Positions 40,184 through 53,432 of a DNA stretch of 64,000 nt are shown in pieces. Location: positions 2,232,001-2,296,000 of the forward strand of contig NC_134029.1 in NCBI RefSeq assembly GCF_964204645.1, written 5' to 3'. Each line of letters opens with the position of its first letter. The first letter of the stretch is position 1. The position numbers and the translations under genes were made by a program. The notes beneath the pieces are model-generated. The model had not been told where the DNA came from, searched no databases, and worked only from the letters and a program-made list of their open reading frames with translations. The stretch is from Tubulanus polymorphus (lineage: Eukaryota; Animalia; Nemertea).

Positions 40184-40945
40184 GTTGATAGACCTAAGCA
40201 AGTTTGTATGATAAGCGTGTTGACCATTTAGTTGTGGTGACCAGTCAGGTGTGATGATCTAAAACTAAGCGCTGTCATTCCCTGATTACAAGAGTTTCTT
40301 TGGGACCATTTATTGGCCCTGTGACTACAGGTTCTTTGTAGAAATGTATAGAGAGACACAGCTGAATAGCTGCAACGCACCGTTATAAATCGAACCGGTC
40401 TAAATTGTCCGGTATTGCCTAACCTTTTAAACCTGGTTATAGAGAGTATCGACAATCGTTACGACGATATATAAATCATTGTGTATTTCATCTCGCGGGA
40501 ATTCCATTGATAAACCCTTCGGCAGCACTTCTCTACGTGAACACCGTTCGCTAAGTCACCATCTAAATTATTTAGCTGAATTTCATGCATGCGCGCACTA
40601 AAACTGACGTATTTGGATATTTTTTACGCGATGCGTTCACTGATTCGCTTGGCTGCACGCGCGCGTTACACATTATAGAAATCTCGGATTAATGGCCCAT
40701 GAGTTTCAGTTAAAAGCTCTATTGCGTCTAGCCTTCCCTCGGTTAAATCCCCATCAGTTCATTCGAACGGTGTAATTTTATGGTGGTTAATCTGTATTTG
40801 ATTGCTAAGGAAATCTGAAATTTTAAATTGCATAACGTCACCATTATCTGTAGATTTATTATCGTAATTCACGACAACGCTCGTGTACATGTAACTGAGT
40901 TCTTTGAATCAGTTTAATTTGAATATTGATGAATATGATATACAG

Positions 40946-41045
40946 GTTTGTTTGTTTGTTTGTTTGTTTGTTTGTTTGTTTGTTTGTTTGTTTGTTTGTT
41001 TGTTTGTTTGTTTGTTTGTTTGTTTGTTTGTTTGTTTGTTTGTTT
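40946..41045 (+). repeat. (GTTT)25 microsatellite followed by a TA-rich stretch
   Basis: Read directly. Confidence 0.97.
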
Positions 41046-42054
41046 GTCTTTAGATGCTCGTGCATTCGATATATATGTATATATATATGTATATATAAAT
41101 ATATATAGCTAAAGGAAAAATATCATGTTTCGTCCTCGCCTCTCCTTTGAATCGAAATCCATATATTTCTCTCTGAAGTTCAAAACTTTTCCATCTATGC
41201 GTTCAGTTTTATTTTCATCCGATTAGAAATCAATGTTAGAGGCTGACTCCAGTATGTTTGTCATCTGATGTGTTTCATGCAATATTGTGTATGCATATTT
41301 CTATTTTGAATGATAGACGTTTCGATGATTGATTCTATGGTGGTGATAAACCGTCTGTTATACCACAATATATATCATCGTTTTAAGGCTGAGTCATTTT
41401 AGTTAAAATGTTGTCGCAAATTTTGCAATGAATGTTTCATCGATTCAAGAAGAATACGCGTCATTCGGGACGTTTTATATTTCCATTTTGCCTTTGAGAA
41501 ATGATCTCTCACGGAATGAGATTTTGGTCCGTTTTAATAGTGGTCAAGCAAAACATTTCATTTATTCATTCTAACATTATATGTATTGTTACCACTATAA
41601 GATGTAATACAGTGTATATTTATTTGTATTTTACAAGAAAAAATAATCTAAAATGAATTTATCGATTCAAAGCTCTAGACTTTGATGTCGAAATATGACG
41701 TATATTTTAGCCGACCAATCGGCTACATCGCGGTATCGATTCAACCAATGAACATATATCTTTAACCTAAAACTCTACGTCATTGATTAATTGATGAGCA
41801 GACAGATTCTAATTTTAGTCTCGTATCTATATAGATTATTGTTTGTTTATGGATAACAAATAACGTATAGACGCATGCCTAGTCTGAGAATCCAGTATTT
41901 AAGAATGCATGGTAGTCGTTAGTTTGTTCATGGACTCTAAAACGACTTCGTTTTTGAGTCCATGGTTCGTTGAATCAAACGAAGTATTTAGCCCTCCCCC
42001 AAACAGAATTTCTCGAATGCGGAATTTAGAAATCTCCTCACCATCTCCACTTAA

Positions 42055-42358
42055 TACTACCAGTCCCCAGGGCTCCATCTCCCTACCACCAGTCCCCAGG
42101 GCTCCATCTCCCTACCACCAGTCCCCAGGGCTCCATCTCCCTACCACCAGTCCCCAGGGCTCCATCTCCCTACCACCAGTCCCCAGGGCTCCATCTCCCT
42201 ACCACCAGTCCCCAGGTCTCCATCTCCCTACCACTAGTCCCCAGGGCTCCATCTCCCTACCACCAGTCCCCAGGGCTCCATCTCCCTACCACCAGTCCCC
42301 AGGGCTCCATCTCCCTACCACCAGTCCCCAGGGCTCCATCCCCCTACCACCAGTCCCC
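42055..42358 (+). repeat. 29-bp minisatellite CAGTCCCCAGGGCTCCATCTCCCTACCAC, about 10.4 near-identical copies
   Basis: Units start at 42061, 42090, 42119 ... 42351; only about three substitutions; no spacers. Confidence 0.97.
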
Positions 42359-42674
42359 TCTCTGCCCTGTCCTTCGCTGCTAATTATCTTACGACAAAAG
42401 AATCTGGTTGTAATCGATATAAAACTTGGTGATGGCGTCGTCAATCGTCGTATCGTAAACAAACATTACAGCATGGTGTTATTAAATGCCGGTGTGCCAG
42501 TATACAGTAACTATACACTCAGCTGAAAATGCGTAATTTTTTCGCACACAAAGTCAACAAGATTTGCCTTTATTGGACCTGACTTTGAAACCACGTGACT
42601 GTAGGAGAATCGATGATTATTTCACGCCGTAAGAATTACTAAAAATCTTGGAAATCTCTGAAATCGGCCTTCAG

Positions 42675-42719
42675 TAGAGGTTATACACGTGACGTTACAA
42701 TGCGTCATATTGACCGTCT
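42675..42719 (+). mobile_element. MITE family B fragment
   Basis: TAGAGGTTATACACGTGACGTTACAATGCGTCATATTGACCGTC versus TAGACCTTATTCACGTGACGTCATCGAGCGTCATATCGACCGTC at 19096. Confidence 0.65.
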
Positions 42720-44490
42720 AACCGATGTGTAAGACGGCTATCGCGGAAAATATGACGTTGTGAACGATACGTGGTCTTTCAGGTCTAAAATGCGACCCTG
42801 ACTTTCGATATGAAAGCTGAAGTGAAGTCTCCGCGAGTCTGAACAGTAAAACTGCAGCGTGTATATAGAAATGCGATCTCCCGAGGGAACAAAGAGAAAG
42901 AAGATATTATACAAAAAAAGTTTCATGTTTCGAATGTGGACAGGCGTGAGAAATTAAAATCCCAGATATTTCTGCGACTGTTGAATTAATACCGTCTCAA
43001 ATAGCAAGTTGTGTATACGTAATGTGTTTTTGCTGTAATTGAAAGTTTGCCATTATGTTGACACATTACACAGTTAACTGACGGTGAAAGTGTCTTTCTA
43101 TCTTGTCAATTGTTCCTATTCAGAGATGGATGACATCGAAGCTAAAAAGGTCATTATTTCTTGACTTCGTGAATAATCAAATGATGGATTGAGGTTTCGT
43201 CGAATAGATACCGCGTCGTTTTCACTTCAATTTGAAGACGTTTGGTGGAACCGAAATTACCAACTACGAAATATCAATCATATCAAATTACAAAATGTCA
43301 AAATTCTGGCCAGTTACTCATAGCTGTATTATCGCATCACATAATTTGAAATTGTATAAAGGTCGCCCCAAAAGCCTGTAATTAGAATGATGTATATAGC
43401 TGTTAACTGCATTTGGTGTGTTGTATCTAGGGGGTTAGGTGTTACTTCTACACTTTCCAGGCTGTTATTGGAAAGTCAGTCGCTCTTAGCGAAATGAAAT
43501 TAAAAATGTTACTACGAGGCTCGTAAAAAACTTCCCTACGTCACATTCGCGCGTGAATATCTACAGATGAGATCTTTTCCTATGAAGCGATGAAATGAAC
43601 CATTTTTATTTTTGAATCTTGTCTAAAATCTATTTCATAGCGAGAGATTAATCAAAGAACTGACGTTTGTTTTTGAAGCTGACTTCGTAAGGTTTTTATC
43701 GCTGTTTACCGTAAAAAAGCGAAAATAAAAAATGAGTTGTTTTGCTTAAATTTCAGGTTTCATTCGTAAGAGAAAAAGTTCAAAATGAACTAAAAGTCGT
43801 TTCATTGCTTCTGTTCGTTTGCTGTTTACAACCGACCTATCTTGATCCATAACTTACCATCCATCAATAGATCAGAGGAATCTAATTCTGATGTTCGCTG
43901 TTCTAGAATTTTTTGATTGTACTTCGAAAATCCATAGTTTTGTAGTGAACTCTGTGTTAACTCTAATGACTCTTGGTAAAAATCTATAAACCACTATATA
44001 TTGCATCGTCGCTTGAAAAATCTATTTTATGCACATTTAAGTGCATAATCACTGGAAATTTCTAAATGTTTTAACATTGATCTCGACTTCGCGGTTTGAA
44101 TCATAATAACAAATAGTTATATAGTTTTAACAGTAAAAACCGTGGACCTTCCTCGTCACGAAACGTCTCCGAAACCTGTCGCGTATTTGATTCCAATCGC
44201 GTTTGTTCAATAAATCTTCGTGATGTTTAAATTGACTTTCAATGTTTGACAAATTGATTACTCGTCGCAGCCGTTTCTCAAATATGATTTAAACTTGTCA
44301 TGCGTAGTTTTAATCGAGTTGTAGTGATTATTCTCCCTAGTCGCTCTGTGATTAACCTGCAGCCAGTTTCAGTCGATTAGCTATAGAGATATATGTTGTT
44401 TATTCTATTCGTAATGTGTACATTACAACAAGCCATGTTTTAAATAATCAAAACTTTCTAAGCCTTATCACTATATAAGCTATAGGCGTG

Positions 44491-44591
44491 GGGATCCCAG
44501 TACCATATTCGGGGACCAAGAGGTCGTTTCAAAGACTATATAAAACTTCCTTAAATCATGACTAATAACCCGAACTATGAAACGGGTTCCC
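44491..44591. mobile_element. Element of about 100 bp with imperfect terminal inverted repeats
   Basis: GGGATCCCAGTACCATATTCGGG ... CCCGAACTATGAAACGGGTTCCC; termini resemble those of family A and the 34.1-kb repeat. Confidence 0.5.
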
Positions 44592-47500
44592 GATATCTTC
44601 GGCTGCATCTACGAGCAATTAGATAGCTCGTAGGTTGCATGAACCCAAAATATTGAGATTGGAAGATATCGAATTAAACCCGCTTGATCACAGCAGCTGC
44701 AGTATTTCTGATCAAAACATTAAGACGAGAGGTTTCGTCGGTTTATATAAAGACACGAGTTCCCTTTTTAATGATCTTTGTGAACGATGTTTTTAGATCG
44801 AATTTCTTGGCAGCAACGAAATGATATTTGAAGTTACGCTGTCTTTTGAAGATTTTATAGTCAGATTGTTTGTTATCAATGGCGCCCGCGATTCCCTGAA
44901 GATGTTTTGATGTAATCTTCCTTTACAAACCACCACGTTGTCTCGTAGGCTTCTTTACGAAGGTCAGGACTCTCATTAAGGACTTTCAAAAATTCATTTT
45001 ATAGTCATTTGATATCATGTCATCGTGCCTGCTGTATTCAGTATATTCCGATGCGTTAAAGTGGTTTTAGTTGTCGCTCAGAGGCAATGGAGAGATTTAT
45101 TTCATAAAAGCCTATTAATTCAAAACCGATTTGCAGCGATCGTCTACCTATATTCGGAGTACGTCTTTATTATGACAGAAAATAGATGGATATTTTTTTT
45201 CGAATATATGCTCGGTTTTGTTGCGCGCTAATGCAGCGCTTGTGGTTCTGATCGAAAGATCTAGAAGTGACAGAAGTTGAATTCCCCCGAAGGAAATGTT
45301 GACGAAACAATCCATAATAACATGACTACATGTAATAAAACACAATAGCGCATTGCTTACTTCATCCATTAACGTGATATTTACCTCACCCGCGGGGCTG
45401 AAAATGGTATTCGTATATTTTCAGTGAATCTTTGTCTACTCTTTTTCTTGCGTAAAACATTGCTGGAGAAGTCGACTGCCATTTCAATCATCGGGGGCCC
45501 CAGGTCCCGGTTAAGGTTTAAGATTAGTTGCGATCGACAACTCGCAACTTTTTTCTTTCACTATGAGAAAGAAAAGATACGTTCTCGTGTTCAAATATAA
45601 TTCGCTCGGTTATAGGAAAAAAGGACGCTTAACTCTGATTACGTGGCCTGATCTCCCTTTACATATACACTTACTGCAGGATAGGCTGAAATTAGATTAG
45701 GAAATAATGATTAAGCCTTGAATAATTCAAGATACTATTTGTGATAAATTGAGATCGTGGATTTGTGGTCAATAAAACCATGCGCTTTCGGGAGGCGCTA
45801 TTCTGCTTCATACGTAATTAATTTGGTGGATATCACGTTCAAGAATCTCACCAGATACTTGACTGTCGCAGTTGTAATTACGGATTACGATTTACAGCGA
45901 ATTGCTATATGTCGGCAGTAAATCTGCCGCCCTCATCGACGCTACTGCTGCGCTCAGAGATGCGGTTATTTTCACTAGTCGTGTTGGTTTTTTGTCGATG
46001 ATAATCCGCTTTACACGTGTCTGTCAGCCAGGAATGTGTGAGGAAACGATACAACGACAATCTCTTCGACCCATTTCAACAATTTCTTTTCACATTCCAT
46101 AGATTTTCTTTTACAGATGGGCACAGAATGCATTTCGCAGCTCAAGTTCCGCTTTGAGTGAAAAAGAGTTAATCTCCAATGCCTCTTTTAACCTATTAGT
46201 CAGACCGTTGAACTCTTTGGAACTGGGTCCTGAATTTGAATATTTCCTCACCCCTAACCCCCAGTGTTCTCGAGGTGAGCCGGACGAGAATTTGTGGCTA
46301 TATTCTCGGTTGTACGGTGAGACTCCGGTGTACATATATACAATACATTAAGCCTTTGTTGCCGGAGACTTTATTGAATTGAGCGACTTTTTCAAGCTGT
46401 CTATCGATTCTCATCGATAATTGAATAGCTCGACAGAATAGACATACGACGGGTAACCATCGTGTATTCACTAACACCACCATCACCACCATCACCAGCG
46501 TTCATAGGATGTTCGGCTACATCAGTACGAACTGAATTAACTCTCGCGAAACGACGACTTACATCGTCTCTGCCGCTCACTCGATTCAAACATGTTACTG
46601 ACAAGCAATCAACCGAGTCATTTATAGGTACACTAGCTTATCTTCTGCGGCCCCGCGGAAACATTCACAATTATGATTAGTTCCCCGCCAGTGTCTAATT
46701 GCGGCGCTGGTCTAATTCTGTGAATTAATTGGACGATTAACCTAGCTGACCATCGCTGTCAATCATTACTGACTGTTTAGTATTCGGGACGTTGTGCGTC
46801 AGTGTCAGCGGTTCGCAATCTGCCTCGACAGTCGACAAATCTGCGGTCACAGGCTACAATAATCATGATTAACTTCCCGGGGATCCAGCACCCGAACTCT
46901 GACACTGTTTTGACATAAATTCTCGCGGTTAAGGCAAAGAAGAAATTTATCGTCGATGAAGGTCCATCGCTAACCCCTCGCCGTGGTCCATTTATTCGAA
47001 ACCGTTTTAACGAGTGTCGAGATCTCACGATCGATCCTCGCTAGTCATACCCCGCATTAATCTCGCCTCAGAGCCTTCTTTTACTCTGCCCTAGTACTCT
47101 GGAATATTTTACCTTAGTCTAATCAAATCCATCAATCGATTAACAATAAAATCGAAGAAATTGCATCCAACGAATTGAGAAATTGCGCCAAAGGATCAAC
47201 TCGAAATAAAGACGGATGTTCGACACGTTGTGTTAACTCTCGCTCGTCGTTACTTCTATATATCCGCTTTGACCTATCATTTGATGAGATGGCAAAAATT
47301 TCTTAATCAAAATTCCCATCCCCTGATATCACATAAAACATATTGCGTAGTTTTTGACATCAGCGAATGCAGAAATAGTTTATGACTTTTCCCTGACCTC
47401 CTGTTACTGATTCATCGTATTAACTTCATCGAGGACTCAACAAAAATATCAGCAAAGGATAAAAGTGTAGTTGATAAGGAATTAGCCAGGTCTTGTACGA

Positions 47501-50500
47501 GAGTATATCGGGGGTCACATTATACACGTATCATGTTGATGGTGATCGTCTCGCCTCTGATTTGTCAATTAAGATGATTTATTTCGCTATTATACCGTTA
47601 TTAACTGTATTAAGCGAATGATTACCAGGGAGGCATGAATCACGCGCGGTTTGATGGGTCAACAACTTAATTTGCGATCGTAATTTTATTTATGAGTAAA
47701 AACAACAAAAATTGTGCCCTAGGTATTTGATCAAATGTGTAAAAATTGGAGGCAGTTCAGCATGCAGTGTAAGGCGATCTTAGTATAGCCAATAATATTG
47801 AGACCAGTCCTATGATTCAAGATCATTGCCTTTTTGGACCTCAGTCGAGATTTTTAACCGGGCACAGGTTTGTATATTGGTGGTATTTGACTTCGATTCA
47901 ACATATTTAGATTACTCACAGACTCTTGCGCGTATAGTCGTATTTGAATAGTTGGTGTTAGACACAGCAGTTTAGAATTTATAATCTATAAATTATTGGG
48001 TTTTTGTCTCTTTATTCTTACACGTACGAGCATCGTGACAGGTGTTACTGACACTTCAAAATGTTTATCTTTTCCATAACGGCTGCTAGTACAATCTTAC
48101 GCGTGTCTATGGATTGATATCTGATGATGGTTCATATTAAATTCATATTCATATGAAACACGTTTTCATAACGACAATTTTCACCTATGTCAAGCGCGCT
48201 AATATTCTATCTATTAATGTAGTATGTATCTAATTAGAGTTACGTAGATAATATTCAAGTTTCACAGTTGTGAATTAGATTAATCTCTAATGGATGAAAA
48301 TTAAATCAATTACGGTACATTTCAACAACTGCGGGTTCAGTATTACTGAATGTATATTTAAATAAATGAACGATGAAACATTCATTACAGCGCACTGATA
48401 TAGATATGCTGAGAAAAATATGCAAGCTGAGGGGGGGGGGAGGGGGGATTGTTTGGGGTCGTGGCTACAAATAGCACGTGCATGTTGTAAAAATAAACTA
48501 ATATTTTGAACAGTAATCATCAGGATTCAGTTTTACAGTTGCGGTTTTACAGTTTACAGTTCAGTTTGAAAAGGTAAAAGAAGCCCATTTTAAATTGCTG
48601 ACTACGGGTTCAATGTATGATGATGTATATTATTAGATGACGTAACATCTCACACCTCTCTGTGTTTAGATATATGATGAATAAACTCACCCGGAGATTG
48701 CGTTATTGAATTGTTTACCGAGAGAATGACAGGTTGAACGATAACGACTCTTTGCTACCTGTTAATGACACTTGAATTAATGAATTTATCCATTAAAATC
48801 TGACAGTTCTCTTCATACATACACTCACTATGTATATATAGCTGTATACACATGTATAAATGAATTGTTTCAATGTATATTCAGAAATTGGATTTTCAGA
48901 TGAATTTTGCTAAAATATATATAACCGTTTTAAGTGCGTTCAAAACAGCTGTGGGTACTTATTGTGGCTATTATTTTCATCATATCGTGGGTTTTCCAAT
49001 TCGGTTATAGATGGTAATTTGTCTATGGAAACCAACATGGCACCCACGAATTTTAGACTTTTTCCTACAATTTTCGTCGTATTTTGTCCTTTTACCAAAC
49101 GTTAGACATTTCTGGAATAATTATGTCTGCTTATCTTTGAACAAACTGCAGATGTGATTTTTGTACATATCTTACAGCAGTTACAGCACCCTAACATTAC
49201 CCTCCATACAGCCAGCCTTTCATCTTTCACTCAAATTATTGTCCGTCGATTCTAAGACATGACCAATCAAACGCGTTATTGAATATTAGAATCGGCGTCT
49301 AATACCTTACAGCTATCATTCGGGTTCACAGAGCTTTTCATCTTCGGAATAATCTTATAACACAAACTATAATTCACATAAAACGCATCATTTGGTCGCG
49401 CGATGGTAAAAGTGACTGCGGTTTTTTTTGCCAATATTCACGACGAGTGTATTGGCAAACATAACCTGTACCGCGTATAGTCGATTGTAAAGTGGTTGTA
49501 AAGAGTACTCGGTTCGTATTAGCGGTTATAATACTCGTGAGTTATCCTATGACTGGGACCTATTGACCGATACTCTGATAAATTGCTAGCGGCGGACCGG
49601 GCAGCAAATAAAAACGCATTGAATCAAATTTGTCAGTTTGCTGACCGTTCGGACATCGATGTCGATGATGCTCTAAATCTCCGCGGTAATTGCTTCATTT
49701 AATACATTGTCATATTTACCCGATGCCACTGTTAGCTTTGATAAGGCCAGGTTTTTGCCATCTCGCTCATAAGTGCGCAGAAACAGCCCTCCACTAAAGC
49801 GATGTCTGCATTCCAGATGAAAACGCAGGAAATTGGATTAGGCGTCTTCATTCGATTATTTCTGGAGGTGGTTCGCCATGAAAAATTCGTTATTCGTTTA
49901 GCGAGATGTACTGCGCATTAAACCGTGATACCCATACCATCGTGCAGGTCATCGCAGTAAGCCGAGATACCGATAGGACCATGCTGGTCATTTCAGTTCT
50001 CCTCAATACAGTCTCACAAAATTATCTTCGTTTATAAGTTTTTGTTTTCTATAACCCTATTTCTGAACATTGAATGCAGTAAACTACACGTTATTCGGTT
50101 GTATAAGGGCTGTTGGAATCAAGGAACTCGATAGCGTTGTTGAGAGTGCTGTAAAGATTTCACTTGAGTTAACAATCAGGGAAATACAAAGTTTCTCCAT
50201 ACGTAATAAGTAATAGTTTAGTAATATACATCGACATGAGCGGTTTACCGAGTTGAGAATCATGGAAATGGAAAGATTTTCAAAAAACGTTAGTGTTCAC
50301 CGACTTTAACGAATCAGGCAGAGTCTACACACGAATACAACCATGGACGTATAAACGACGTTTATAAGTCTATGATAACAACTTTAAGAATATAAACTAT
50401 AATTAGACGTGCTTGTTTAAATGGAGCCCGCTGCGGGGTTATTTCACCACATATCTTCTTTAGGAACGGATTCGTTTTAGTTTTGATCGCGCCCGATTTT

Positions 50501-50567
50501 TATGTCTATTTCAGAAAAAGCAAATATAAATCAATGATGATATTCTTTTCTATCTTGTCTTTTACAG

Positions 50568-50717
50568 ATTGTGCGACAGCTACATCAATCACTAACGAGA
50601 AGGTCATGAATAACAAAGTAATCGGAAATGCGCTGATTCGAATGAACGAATCGTTGTAAAGAGAAAACATCTCTACTACGAATTTTCTTGCGTATAAAGA
50701 TTCAACCAGCGACAGAG
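50568..50717 (+). other. 5' UTR part of the large protocadherin exon, containing upstream ORFs
   Basis: Strong acceptor TTCTTTTCTATCTTGTCTTTTACAG (AG 50566-50567); uORF 50606-50659 (17 aa) and ATG-CGC-TGA at 50628-50636. Confidence 0.7.
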
Positions 50718-53432
50718 ATGGAATTCTGTCAAGCTTTAGCGATCTACTTCTTGTTGATGAATCTTGTGCATTTGCTTCTGGCCTTGACCGACCAGGAGAT
50801 TCTGTTTCGGCTGCCCGAGGAGACGCAACCGGATACGTACGTCGGTGAGGTGCTATCGGCGAGCAATCTGAAAAGCAGATTCAATTCATCGGTGCAAAAT
50901 AAATTGCGTTATAGTTTCTTGAATCCGGACGAGCCGGGGGTCAGCTATTTTCGTATCGACGAAGCGACTAGTGTCATAAAAACTACACAAACTATAGATA
51001 GAGATACGTTATGCAGTATAGTACAGACGTGTTGCCCCTATTCGAATGGTTGTTATATAATGTTAATTATAAGCATCCGTCCAAGGGCTTTTTTCACGAT
51101 GATCAACGCTCGCGTCGACATATTGGATATCAACGATAATCGGCCCCAGTTTCCGACAACTTCGTTGACGGTGAAAATGTCCGAGTCGACACCTGTCAAC
51201 TCGTCGATTATCATACCGACGGCTATCGATATCGACAGCGGTTCAAACACGGTCCAGCGATACTCGATCATCTCTCAAAACGGATATTTCGGTTTACGCG
51301 TCATGAAAAGCGGCAACGAAATCACCGATCTGGCAATCGTCAACAGAAAACCCCTCGATCGCGAAATGTATTCGTATCATCAGGTGAAGATCCTCGCTAT
51401 CGACGGAGGTCTACCGCGTCTGACTGGAACCTGCACTGTCACTATCATGGTCACCGATACAAACGACAACGTCCCGAAATTTCGCAACACCACATACTCT
51501 ATGACCGTACGAGAAAATATACAAATCAACTCGTCGATCTTACAAGTGTCGGCTACGGACGCGGACGACGGACCGAACGGGCAGATTCGTTACACGATCG
51601 GATACCGGGCACCGGACTGGATCAAGTCTACGTTTACGGTGGATCGCATGAACGGCTGGATTACCCTGGTTAAACCGCTGAATTACGAGAAAACCAAAGA
51701 ATACCGAATTCCGATCGAAGCGAAAGATCTAGGTCCGGGTGCTATTCCGGTTCGGACAACGGTGCATCTATACGTGAAAGATGTGAATGACAACAGCCCG
51801 ACTATCCGCATGAATCTATTAACATCGACCGGTAAAGCTGAAGTCTCCGAGTCAGCTGATATAGGGACGTTCGTCGCTCATGTTTGGGTTCAGGATATCG
51901 ATGCCGGTTCGAATGCTCGGGTAAGCTGCGCTATAGACAACCCGTATTTCTCACTGATTAGAGAAGGTCCTCCGAAAGACGACGAATACAAATTATTTAC
52001 TGCTGCGAAACTGAACCGTGAAATCACGCGCGAGTATCAGGTGACGGTGATCTGCGAGGATCAGGGAATGCCGCCGTTAGAAAGTCGCGAAGAATTCACC
52101 GTCAACGTTTTGGATGCGAACGATAATGCCCCACAGTTCACGCAGAGAACGTACACGGCGCGAGTGGCCGAGAACAACCCGTTAGGGATGTTCCTGATGC
52201 TCGTAAAAGCTCGCGATCGCGACGACGGAAACCGCGGTGACGTCCGATACGAAATAGCTGCTGGAAATAGCGGAATGGTGACTATCAACCACGAGGGGAA
52301 GATATTCGCTAACGCCGTTTTCGACCGTGAACAATATTCCGAAGTGAAATTCCGAGTGATCGCCGTCGATCGTGGAATTCCGCCGTTAAGTTCGACCGCT
52401 TCCGTTATTCTAACGATTACCGATAAAAACGACAATCCTCCCGAATTCACGAAACGATTCTCATTTTCGGTCACCGAGAACGAACCGCCTCACACGAGCG
52501 TCGGGACGGTTACAACCACGGACAGGGATCTCACTCCGAATAACATTGTTTTTTATTCCATGGCTAAAACGCGCGGTTCGGAAAATTTCGAGATTACCAG
52601 ACGCGGAGTGATCAGAACTGTGAAACGACTTGATCGTGAATTCCAACCAGAATATCAACTGGACATCATCGCTACCGATCAGGGCATTCCAAAAATGTCG
52701 ACGAGCACGCGAATTCCTATACGAATCATCGACATCAACGACAACGCTCCTGAATTCTCCTTCCCCAATAAACTCAACAACACCGTCTATATCTCCTATC
52801 TCCAAAAAGAAGGCGTTCGAATTACGAGAATTATCGCTAAAGATCCCGATGCCGGTAACAACGCTAAGCTGACCTACTCCATCAGACACGGTGATACTAA
52901 GGGCTATTTTCGAATGGATAATCGGACGGGAGTGATCATACTAGCCAGACCTCTTACTACTGACGACGCTAAGGTTAATAAACTGACAGTTGAAGTAAAA
53001 GATAACGGACATCCTCCTAATAGTAACGTTCGCACTTTGAATATAGTTATCGACGGGACTGGTAAACCAATAGCTATAAACGGCGCCTACATCGAATCAC
53101 CTCCGAGCAATAAGAATCTAATTATCGTTATTTGTCTAGCGACCGTATCCGGGGTATTGGCCATCATACTTATCGTAGCCATCATTTGCATACGACAAAA
53201 AGATATCAGCAACCATAACTACAACGTGAAGGCAGAAACTCAACGGATTTTTAACAACAAACCGCGTCCTGAAAGTTGCGAGAGTTCATCGGATGAGTCG
53301 AAACCACCGTTACCGCGGAAAGAAGTTAGCTTCTCACTGGAAAACGATGACCCGGCGGCAGACACGCAGACTAGTTTCCTAAAAAATCCCATTCCGTGGA
53401 ACTCGACGACGATGAACGATAAAAACTATGAG
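50718..53432 (+). CDS. Delta-1-type protocadherin (PCDH1/7/9/11-like), large exon: signal peptide, 7 cadherin repeats, TM helix, proximal cytoplasmic tail (905 codons); continues in downstream exons
   Basis: The likely start is ATG 50718 (MEFCQALAIYFLLMNLVHLLLA, signal peptide), not TTG 50688. Six DxNDNxP linkers plus a seventh degenerate EC; DRE/NYE and AxDxD motifs; TM at about 53118-53192; YNVKAE and RKEVSF motifs; GAG|GTGAGA donor at 53433 (phase 0). Read-through stops at 53468. Confidence 0.96.

Noticed and set aside
40859-41108. TNKQ and FVCL repeat ORFs
   Set aside because: Translations of (GTTT)25.
42055-42358. CRISPR-like array (29-bp repeats)
   Set aside because: Units are directly adjacent with no spacers; eukaryotic context; no cas genes.
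41909-42526. 205-aa Pro/Ser-rich ORF with 29-aa repeats
   Set aside because: It is produced by the stop-free 29-bp minisatellite cycling through three frames; the flanks are not protein-like.
50688-50717. TTG start given by the ORF track for the protocadherin
   Set aside because: Eukaryotic gene; ATG 50718 has a good context and directly precedes the signal peptide.
51053-52889. Antisense and alternate-frame ORFs inside the protocadherin exon
   Set aside because: Shadow ORFs from codon bias of the real frame; no recognisable motifs.
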